Made by a program: the position numbers and the translations under genes
Assembly: GCA_950097015.1 (NCBI GenBank)
Contig: CATNEN010000003.1
Location: 9,734,001 to 9,798,000 of the forward strand
DNA: 64,000 nucleotides
Direction of reading: 5' to 3'
Source: Macrostomum hystrix
Lineage: Eukaryota > Animalia > Platyhelminthes
The notes under the pieces: model-generated
What the model was told of the DNA's origin: nothing
Databases searched by the model: none
The model's input: the letters and a program-made list of their open reading frames with translations, nothing else
Shown: piece by piece, positions 24,601-34,478 of the stretch
Numbering within the stretch: position 1 is the stretch's first letter
How the letters are laid out: each line of letters starts with the position of its first letter

Positions 24601-27160
24601 AAAATGTGGGCATTTGAAATAACCCCCGATGTCTTCCTGCGGTTAATAAAAAATAACGTCCTTTGTGCACAAAATGTTTTTATTAGGATTACTTATTAAT
24701 TAAAAATATATTTTAGCAGAGCTGCGGGCACTGGCACATTTTTTTTGGGGGAGCACGAGACTTGCCCGCAGGCGACTGCCCGCCAAGATTTGCCCGCAGG
24801 AGATTTGCCCATCGAGATTTGCCCGCCGAGATTTGCCCGCAGTGCATTCTGCCCGCAGGAGATTTGCCCATCGAGATTTGCCCGCCGAGATTTGCCCGCA
24901 GTGCATTCTGCCCGCAGGAGATTTGCCCGTCGAGATTTGCCCGCAGAGATTTTCCCGTCGAGATTTGCCAGCAGAGATTTTCCCGTCGAGATTTGCCCGC
25001 AGAGATTTTCTCACAATGCAGTTTTAATCTTGCAAAAATCGACTTATACTTATCGAAATTATTTACCTGCCAGATTTCAACCGTGTGAATCTGAAAGTCT
25101 TACTGCCGCAAACGCATAAGATGAAAATGCTCTGCATACTCTTACTCTATGTAAGGGCCAGATTATAAAATGTCGTGGGGTCCCCGACATGCACCATATA
25201 GAACTCCATGGCTTATTTACTGGATTTGTCGTTCGGTGGTTGAGTAGATCGAGGTGATAAAATCTAGGCGGCTGACATGTGACTTTGAAACAGACAGCGC
25301 TCCACCAGCTAGAGATTCCAATACCGGGACCGGGATTTGAGAGCAAACACCTGGAATTCCAATCCCAGGACTTAAAATTGCCCACCATTCAGCGGGATTT
25401 TATGGGAGTTAAACAGGAATATCCCGAACCCGACAATCCTGGGATTGGAAACTAGCCGGGATTTTACCATCCGTACCACCAGGCACCAGCAAAAAATTGC
25501 TGCTACAAAAGATTATAGAACAGGCTACAGTAATTTAGCAGAAAGGAAATTTGAGGTGTCTGCGAAATGCCAAAGAAATATCTTATGCATTTGCGGCAGT
25601 AAGACTTTCAGATTCACACGGTTGAAATCTGGCAGGTAAATAATTTCGATAAGTATAAGTCGATTTTTGCAAGATTAAAACTGCATTGCGGGAAAATCTC
25701 TGCGGGCAGAACGCACTGCGGGCAAATCTCTCCGGGGAAAACCTCGGCGGGCAAATCTCGGCGGGTAGTTCGCCTGCGGGCAAGTCTCATGGACCCTTTT
25801 TTTGGCTGCACTAGACCCGAAGCCAGCGATGAGGCGATTCTACCTATTCCGCTGACTCCTGAGCACAGACTCACCTAGGATCAAAGGATCTCACGCCGCT
25901 GCTATGACCGAAATCGGACACCACCTCAGGCAGTGCCAGAACCGGAGGTGTCGCGCCATCATCGCCAGCGTCAGCTTCGTCAATGTTGATAGTTTCCGAC
26001 GATAGGCCAGGCAGAGCCGGCGGTTGAACTTCGTCAATATCGTCGTCTTCATCGACATCGTCATTGTTATCCTCTTCGGGATCGTCATCGTCCATGCCGC
26101 CGTTACTAGCTGAAGCTGTCATTTGATCGTCCAGTGACTGTGAGGCCGGCTCCTGCTTGACAATGTTACCGAACCGAACCCCGTCCAACGGGGTGTTCGG
26201 CGAAGCCACGGAAGTTAGCGCCGACATCAGCTGGGTGTCGTCGATGTCGGCTGGAACGCGGCACCAGCGATAGCGCGGCTTCTTGAAGGTCGGACGAGCT
26301 CGAGAGCGCAACTTCTCGTCAGCTGAATGACAAGAGCAAGAGAGGTCATTTGGGTTGAACTTAGAAATGCTTGAGGCCTAACAATAAGTCAAAAGAATCC
26401 AGGTCAGGACTACTTACGCAAAATCAGATCTTTTTTCATTCCGACGGCGAAACATTTCTTAAGTCTGCAGGAGGTACAAGAGCGTCTGTATTCCTTGCTG
26501 ATGTTGCAGCTGTTCTGGTGTAGGCAGCGCAGCTTGCTTGTCTGTTGTAATGATGGTACAAAAATGTCCGCGGTTGAGAATCAAAGATACACTTATGAGA
26601 TAGGTAACAGAGGGGAAGAAGAGGGGGGAGAATGAAGAGGGGAAGAAGATCGATGAGGGGAGAATGGAGAGGGAAAGAAGATGAGGGAAGAGTGGAGAGG
26701 GGAAGAAGAGTAGGATAGAATGGAGAGGAGAAGTGGGAGGGAGAATGGAGAGAATAATCGAGAGGGGATAATGGAAAGGGGAAGAATAGGAGGGGAAGAA
26801 GAGAAGCGAGAATGGAGAGGGCAATTTACATAGGCTCTATGGAGAGGGAAGAAGGGAAGGGGGATTTGAATCCAAAGAGAAGACAGGCCTTACGTCGCGT
26901 TTAGCGTTGCGCCTAAAAAAGGTTTTGCAGGACTCGCAGGTGGCCACGCCAAAATTGTTGCCCGAAGCGATAAAGTCGCACACCAGACACTTGGCCCCGG
27001 CTTTCAATGTCGACTGACGACCTCGACGCTTCTTCTGTCGCGGCGGCGGCGGCGACGGCGGCGGCAGAGGCGGGGACGAAGAATCGTCGCCCTCGTTGTC
27101 ATGGCTACTATTCTGCCAATTCCTATCGTCATCCTCGGCGTAATCCACAAATTCGCCCAT
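21693..27160 (-). CDS. Nuclear hormone receptor, NR1J (HR96/DAF-12/NHR-8)-like, 547 aa
   Basis: Exons 27160-26894, 26541-26418, 26322-25875, 24197-23957, 22866-22516, 21905-21693 total 1644 nt in frame. C4 zinc fingers CLVC...NFGVATCESCKTFFRRNA / CLHQNSCNISKEYRRSCTSCRLKKCFAVGM; the CESCK P-box is NR1J-type; terminal PPLMQEL is AF-2-like. Confidence 0.88.
21950..22505. repeat. Intronic minisatellite, 31 bp unit (agatacacaccctgatacttcaggaggctag)
   Basis: About 18 copies, filling almost all of the last intron of the nuclear receptor gene. Confidence 0.95.
23042..23800. repeat. Intronic minisatellite, 20 bp unit (atcccatccctgcattccta)
   Basis: About 37 copies, diverging toward 23800. Confidence 0.95.
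24265..24590 (-). repeat. 37-38 bp minisatellite, inverted copy of the 20870 array
   Basis: ccccagttaacactcgtccccgttatcaaacccgcca, about 9 copies. Confidence 0.9.
24749..25796. mobile_element. Mutator/fold-back type non-autonomous TIR element
   Basis: Long TIRs with internal gagatttgcccgc repeats (left ~24749-25118, right ~25585-25796); perfect 9-bp TSD TTTTTTTGG at 24740-24748 and 25797-25805. Confidence 0.9.
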
Positions 27161-27398
27161 TCTTGTGGAGCGAGGCTTGCAATTTTTATTAGACTGAAAT
27201 TTTTAATTTATAGACTGGCTGTGTTAGATAGATACTAGATAGATAGACGGATAGAAATAAATGAAGTGTGGACCAATAGCAGTCATTGGACAAATTTGAC
27301 ATCCAATTTCAGCCGCTTCAATTGCGCGGCGCCTTTAACAGTAGGGCTACTAAGCCATTTTACCGGCTGTTCTATTTTCACCTGTTCTAGCCCTTGAA

Positions 27399-27622
27399 TA
27401 ATAATAATAATAACTGATTAAACCTGTCCGATTGGGTCAGATGTGCAGCCGACAGCACAGCCGCAGCTATTGTGCGGCGGATCTGAAGGCTGCATACGGC
27501 TGATCAGTCCATGGACTGGGGGGACGCCACACGCACCTTCAATTATCCCAGCAAATGCTGGTACCCATTTAACAGCTGGGTGAACTGAAGCAATGCAGAG
27601 TTAAGTGTCTTGCTAACTCTTG
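27399..27622 (-). mobile_element. SINE family 1, 5'-truncated copy
   Basis: Reverse complement of the body of the 35509 SINE; (TAA)n tail at 27399-27413; 12-bp TSD ctagcccttgaa at 27387-27398 and 27623-27634. Confidence 0.85.
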
Positions 27623-27914
27623 CTAGCCCTTGAAGGTCCAGCAGTCCGTCTAGATAAAGGTAGGTGACCACCGAAGACGGAGATGTTTCATGTACATTCA
27701 GGTGACATGTTAAAATACACTAGCGCTTATGATGAAAATCAGACCTTCGGCCAGAAACATTGAATATCTCGACGGTCTGAAGAGCTGGCGACTTGATTCT
27801 TGATTCAAAAGATGCGCAACAAAAAGTTGGCCCCTGTTCTTGAGTTTCGTGTACTTGTGTTGCTCGGTTCGGGTGTAGCACAAAAAATTTTCTGCCCCTT
27901 GGTAGTTCTACTGT

Positions 27915-28100
27915 TAAAGATTGTGTACAACTGTTCAGTCCGTGGACTGGGGAGGCTACGCCACTTTATAGCTATGGGCGAAATGTAGCAACGCAGAATC
28001 TAGTGTCTTGATTTAGGAAACAATTCGTTTATTTTGAGCTGAGACTCGAACTTCGGACCTCTTAGTAAGAAGTCAAAACGCTTAAACCGTTGGGCTACAG
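27915..28100 (-). mobile_element. Degenerate SINE family 1 fragment with tRNA-like head
   Basis: gttcagtccgtggactggggagg body motif; A/B-box-like remnants (tagcccaacgg / gttcgagtc) on the - strand. Confidence 0.55.
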
Positions 28101-28879
28101 GCTTCCTCGCTTGTAGCGAAGAGCTAATCCCAGGGGGGAGACAAAATTATTTTTTTCGTGGTAACTAGTGAGTATGTAAGTGTAACTACCTCTTACTTGT
28201 GACACTTCTAGGCCTTATAGACGAAAACTAGAAAATTTGAAAACCTAATTTGTTTATGAAATCTGACTTTTATGGCCTCAATCCGATTTTAATCCTGAAT
28301 TCCGGAAAAATAAAGACAGATGGAATCAGTTTAAGAGCCGGAGATGTCGGATTTCAATATTCGGATTTCTCATACCCCTACCCTCGGGGTCTATTACGTA
28401 ATTGGTTGGAGTAATTCAAACAGGTCGAGAAGGAAAAAAAACTAACTAGCTGCTCCAATAGAAATTGGATGAGGCCTTGTATATTCATTTTTAACGAGTT
28501 CGCTACATTGCTTTTTTAAGAAGCAGAAAAAAACATGAGAGGCCTCGATTCGTGTTAATCTCTTATCCTATAGAAATGAGACCCATCCCAGTGCTCAGAT
28601 GTGAAAGATAATATTTTAATAAGGACTCACGTTCTGCATTTTGAAACCTGGCTTTAATCACGTTATTTATGACGGTAGGGGAAAAATGTTGAGTGATAAA
28701 AATATCACAATCCAAGCCTGTCAATTGTTATTTATTCAAAATCTAGATAATGCGAAACTCTTAAAAAAATTCCCTGCTATTTTTTCATCTCAGATGGAAA
28801 AGTGTTAAAATCTAGTAATGTCAATCGCGCTAGTTGTATTGCACAAAACAATCTGACACATTGTGACACATCTGAATGT

Positions 28880-29690
28880 AAGTGAGTCTTTCAATAAGGC
28901 TGGTAATGTGAGTGAGTCTGTGAATGAGCTTGTGAATGTGAGAGAGTCTTTCAATGAGTCTGCGAATGAGGCTGTGAATGAGGCTGTGCAAGTGAGTAAG
29001 TCTGTGACAGAGGCGTGAATGTGAGTGAGTCTGTGAATGAGGCTGTGAAAGTGAGTAAGTCTGTGACAGAGGCGTGAATGTGAGTGAGTCTATGAATGAG
29101 GCTGTGAAAGTGAGTAAGTCTGTGACAGAGGCGTAAATGTGAGTGAGTCTGTGAATGAGGCTGTGCAAGTGAGTAAGTCTGTGACAGAGGCGTGAATGTG
29201 AGTGAGTCTGTGAATGAGGCTGTGAAAGTGAGTAAGTCTGTGACAGAGTCGTGAATGTGAGTGAGTCTATGAATGAGGCTGTGAAAGTGAGTAAGTCTGT
29301 GACAGAGGCGTAAATGTGAGTGAGTCTGTGAATGAGGCTGTGAAAGTGAGTAAGTCTGTGACAGAGGTGTGAATGTGAGTGAGTCTGTGAAAGTGAGTAA
29401 GTCTGTGACAGAGGCGTGAATGTGAGTGAGTCTGTGAATGAGGCTGTGAAAGTGAGTAAGTCTGACAGAGGCGTAAATGTGAGTGAGTCTGTGAATGAGG
29501 CTGTGAAAGTGAGTAAGTCTGTGACAGAGGTGTGAATGTGAGTGAGTCTGTGAAAGAGAGTAAGTCTGTAACAGAGGCGTGAATGTGAGTGAGTCTGTGA
29601 ATAAGGCTGTGAATGTGAGTGAGTTTGTGAGTGAGGCTGTGAATGTGAGTGAGTTTGTGAGTGAGGCTGTGAATGTGAGTGTCTGTGACT
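28880..29690. repeat. Minisatellite, ~59 bp unit (two ~30-bp halves)
   Basis: gtgaatgtgagtgagtctgtgaatgaggctgtgaaagtgagtaagtctgtgacagaggc, about 13 copies. Confidence 0.93.
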
Positions 29691-30911
29691 TCATTTTGCT
29701 GGACTTGAATCAGGCCATTCTCAAGATTAAGCAGTATATATCCTTTTTTGTTATGCAGTGTTGTATTTTAAATATATATAAACACATTTTTACTGAGGTG
29801 CGGGATTGCTCAATTTATTTATCTATTTTGGAACTTGAGTATGTTAGTGGTGTCATTGATAGGTTTGCATATAGTGATCAATCCTAGTTCTGCGCAATGT
29901 TGATACAATTAGATACACATTTTATAGAATAATATAATTAAACAGATGAAACACAGTTGGGCAATCCTCAACACTTCTGCTTTGGTCTCAATGTTGCTTT
30001 GAAGATTTGAAGGTACTCCTGAATCGATATAATCTATAGATTATTCAGCTTTTTAATCTAATTCTAACCATGTAAAATTGTGTTTTAATCTAAAAAATAG
30101 ACATTTAGCTAATAAATAGTTTTAGTAAAAGTCAAGCCCACAGACTGAAAGGACAGCAACAGGTGTCAAAACTGCTGTCTGTGTAAAAATGCTAATTGTA
30201 TTCTTAATCTTACTAATGCTACCCAATGCTATTATCAATGAATTCAAATGTTGAGTGTAATAACAATGTGACAATAATTTATTTGCTTTTTTGCATTTTA
30301 GACTACACAAATGCAAAGACAATAAATTGAAATAGAAAAATGGTTTGCCTAGCTAACAGAATAGGATTGAATAGGCCTAGCCACTATGCCTTAATATTAT
30401 TAGGGACTCAAAAGAGAAAAATAAAGAAAACAAATTTAAATGAAGAAATTATGGAAATCAATACAAAATTCAGAAGAAAAAAGAACAGAAATAATTTGTT
30501 TTGAAAGTAAAGTTTAGTATTGTTAGACATTGGCTGTTAGTTTTGCCAAACAATTTAGCTAATTTGTAAATTCAAACAATTTAGGCCAAATTAAGAATAT
30601 TTAGCTATCATATTTTGAGCCATTAAATGTGCTAGTCTATAGTCATAGATTCAAGACACTATTATATAATATATGTATATGAAAATAAGACCTTTATAAA
30701 CAAAGCTATATAAAAACAATGCAGCTTAATGTTGGGCATGCTGTACTAAGATAAACTGATTTGTACTTGCTCCAGATCAAAAGCAATAGTTGATTATGTG
30801 GTGAAAAAATGACTTTTTCCTATCTCCACAGTGTATTTTTTCCAGGAAATCGGCCTTCTAAAAATTTACAATCTTTGAGTGTTGCGTCCTTTATACTACA
30901 ATGGTCCTTGC

Positions 30912-31040
30912 CTGCACCACGATAATGCACCAACACACAAGGCCTGAGTGACATCAGAGTTTTTGTCGGCGACAAACCTGATGCTGCTGCCACATCTGCG
31001 GTATTCACCTGATCTGGCGCCTTGCGATTTCTGCGTGGTT
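30912..31040 (+). pseudogene. Mariner (DD34D) transposase relic
   Basis: The frame from 30912 reads LHHDNAPTHKA*VTSEFLSATNLMLLPHLRYSPDLAPCDF, i.e. HDNA...YSPDLAPCD with 34 residues between the two Asp; in-frame TGA at 30945. Confidence 0.88.
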
Positions 31041-33006
31041 TAACAGCATGAAAAAGTGCTTGGATTGTGATAGCAGATATTTTGAGAAGTGTTAGGATCT
31101 GTGTCTGACTGCTAGTAAAATTTCATGCTGGTTTAAAATGTTAAAATATGTTTTTCCAGAAACTTATTGAGCAGTCCTCATAGTAATAGGACAAGCAAGT
31201 AAACAATGTTGTTGAAAAGTGAAAATTGACTTTGTTCCACTGCCTTGTAATGAGATTTTTTTAACTTTTATAACTCTCAAGCATGTAAACTAATCATTTT
31301 AAATGCATGCACTCTAGCCTTTCAATTTATTTCTGGAATGTACTTCTAAGCATGATCTAGTTCTAGATTATTCAGCATTTATACTAGACTATAGTAGTAT
31401 TCAAACTATATCTAGCAACTATCTAGCAACACTAACCCAACTAATGGATTTTGTTTGCTTAATGATTTTTTTGCTTAGGCGCCTAAAATCTAAAATAGGC
31501 CCATGATTTTGTAAAATTAATTTACACTAAAATACAAAGTTTTCAGGCGCAGAAATTCTTTTTCTTACTTTTTTAAGACATTGGATGCTTCATTTGAGAG
31601 CTAGGGCCTACATCTAGAAGTTTAAGGCCTATGTTTACCATTTTTACAGTTAATTTGGGAGCTGCCTAATTGACTAGACCACTAACAACTTTGTTATGAC
31701 ACTGTGAGTTTGTTAGCTCTGGCTGCACAATTATAGGGCCTACTAAATTTGAAAGACATAAAACAGTGACTATGAGTTTCAAATGTAAGAAGCATTAAGT
31801 GTTGAAAACAAAAAATACTAGGCCTAGGCCTACTTGAATTTATGTGCTTAAAAGTAGTATTTCAGTGAAAAATATCAAATTAACAAATAAATATGTCTAG
31901 AGGTCTATTTAGCAAAAAACAGTTAAATTAGGCCTAACAAAAAATTATTAGTGCCTATGCTAGATCTTTAATTATTGTTGGCCTAAACTTATCAAGCTTT
32001 TAGACTATAACCTAAAGATTTATCTAGCAGTTCTTTTTGTTTGAAATCCAAAAAACTTAAAAGAATTTTAGACATAGGCAAACAATCTTCTGCCTTTGTT
32101 TAGAACAAAAAACTTCATATCAAAATAAAAGAACGAAGCCAATAATTAGCCTATATAACAAAAATAGCACTATAGGCCTAGCAGATGTTTTCGAAATTAT
32201 ATTTTAGGTAGGCTTAATGTATTTTGTGATTGACAAGCCGTTTGCTTAATACCATTTTGCCAACCATGACCTCCAGTGTGTGGAACTAAGTAATAACTTA
32301 ATAATGTATTAGTATGAATATGTGCATTAAGGAGCCTAGCAAAAGCACTAATACTTTCGTAGTGCTTTTAAAGCTGTTAACGGAACGGCTTAGGCCCTAG
32401 CTACTTTTTCTGTTCATGTTTAGCCTATTAGGCCCTACTAAAGAAAGATAACCTATTACTAAAATACTAGAACTAATATAGAATTTTAAAGGAAAATAAA
32501 CAAGCTCGATTGTCCTAGTTATAGTGTTCTGTGAGCACACATGCAGAAATGTTTCTAATCCATATTGTATTACGTTGTGCTTTTTATAAAGTTCTATTTA
32601 TCCCTATTAATTATATGTTCATTTTGCATGTTGTTCGTATTAACTCATTTGTAAAGTGTAACAAAACAAAATAAAAAAATTTTGCGACAGCGTGCTGCAC
32701 TATTTACATTATAGTTTCTTTTCATATTGTACTTTTTGTGCACTTCTGCTGATAAATTATTTCATATTTATTTTTATTTAAAACTTCCTAATTTTTTGAG
32801 TTCTGTTATAAGATCCATGGGGGTCGCATGTGGCATGTTTAACTGCGGTCTTGACGACAAAGGATTAGTAAAATAGATACGATTAAATTTCTTAAAACGT
32901 ATGTCTACACACATATAATGTAACTTTTTAATTTTTATATACAAATATCGTGCTTGTGTGCAAATGTACATGAATGATGTGTAATGTACACTTGGCCTTG
33001 TAACTG

Positions 33007-33620
33007 TGCATGATGTGTACACAGCTGTCCAGTCCGTGGACAGTGTCACCGCCACGCCCATTCAAACTTTTACGCTAGCTGATTATGTGTAAGCCATTTT
33101 ACATCGACTTAGTTTGCGGAGACATGTGCAGACGATGCTATGAAAAAAGGGATTAATTTTTGTATGTTATTACATGCATGCGTTATTTCGATGTGTATTT
33201 TTTCTTTTCTGTACGGTTGTTTAAGGTTCTGTACGGTCTCGCCCGCCCAAATAAAAAATAGAGTGAATAATTTACTTATTATTTATATATACATTGTCTT
33301 CGGCGGTTTATGTCCTGTAATACTTGAGCAGATGAGTGTTTCAGTTAAAATAACAAAACTTAATTATTTTTAAGAATCGCGATTTACGAATTAACGTCTT
33401 ATTAAAACTAAGCTAAGTTGCAAACGTACAGAAAAGAAAAAATTACGGATATCGAAATATCGCATGCATGTAACATAAACATTTATTTTTTATAGCATCG
33501 TCTGCAAGTGTCTCCGCACACTACGAGCGTAAGCAGATGTAAAATGAGATAATCAGCTAGGGTAAAAGTTGGAATGAGCGTGGAATTGTCCAAGGACTGG
33601 ACAGCTGTACTCATCATGCA
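33007..33620. mobile_element. Old fold-back/MITE-like element with ~210-bp imperfect inverted arms
   Basis: 33007-33220 is an imperfect reverse complement of 33420-33620 (cagctgtccagtcc, tagctgattat, gcagacgatgctat, tacatgcatgcg, ttcttttctgtacg blocks). No clear TSD. Confidence 0.7.
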
Positions 33621-34478
33621 GAAGCCTTTCGAAGTATGCATATTTTTATCCCTTTGTCGTGATAAATTATACTATTATCACGTCATGGTAAAAATACTTC
33701 TCAGCCGAGATATTTGCTGTCATTTTCCACTGCAGGAGTGTCTGAAATTCATAATTATGCACAAATTTTTCACATTCACCGGTACACTTGTATATTAGTT
33801 ACTTTCATACGACTAAACTTACTCATAATTTTTAATATATAGTTTTTAATTATTGATTTATAGAAAGCTGCAGTCTACATGCAACAACGACATTATTCTT
33901 TTGAAGCGCTTACTAGCTGTAAGCTAATAATAATAGGCAAAAACTCTGAATTAAGGACACCATAATTACGTATTTCAAATATAACTGTGAAAGAAATTAC
34001 TAGTTAAAAATTTCGACACTGTCACATACTCGCTATTGTGACGAAGTAATGATACTTTTTCATGAAACACGCGGGTTTTCTGTCTAACAATTACGAATTA
34101 AACTAGTTACCATAAGTAGGCACAATCGCAACACTTTTCACCAACAGTAATTAAGTTTTTTTATTTTTTCGTTAAAATAGAGTTTTTGTATATTTCTTTA
34201 AACTGCAATGAAAATCTGATGAATAAAACTAAAAGAAAATGTTAGAAAATTTGAAATAAAAAAAATAGAAACTTTTTTTTTAACATCTGACCCAATTTTA
34301 GCATGTTGTATTTCTGTAGTAAAATTGCGAAAAATAACTGTGGACATTCAAACTTTATATTGTGTAAAATTTGCGACACAAAATTGACCCTGTTAATTTT
34401 CATGTGCGAGGATGTTGACAAGCGCAAAACAAAATATCCTAGTCGAAAAAAGTGTCAACAAATAGTGCATGACGTCAT

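Noticed and set aside
24700-25119. Overlapping repetitive ORFs (RFARRDLPAEIC...)
   Set aside because: Translations of the modular TIR of the Mutator-like element.
28830-29887. His/Thr/Ser-rich ORFs up to 247 aa
   Set aside because: Products of the 59-bp minisatellite.
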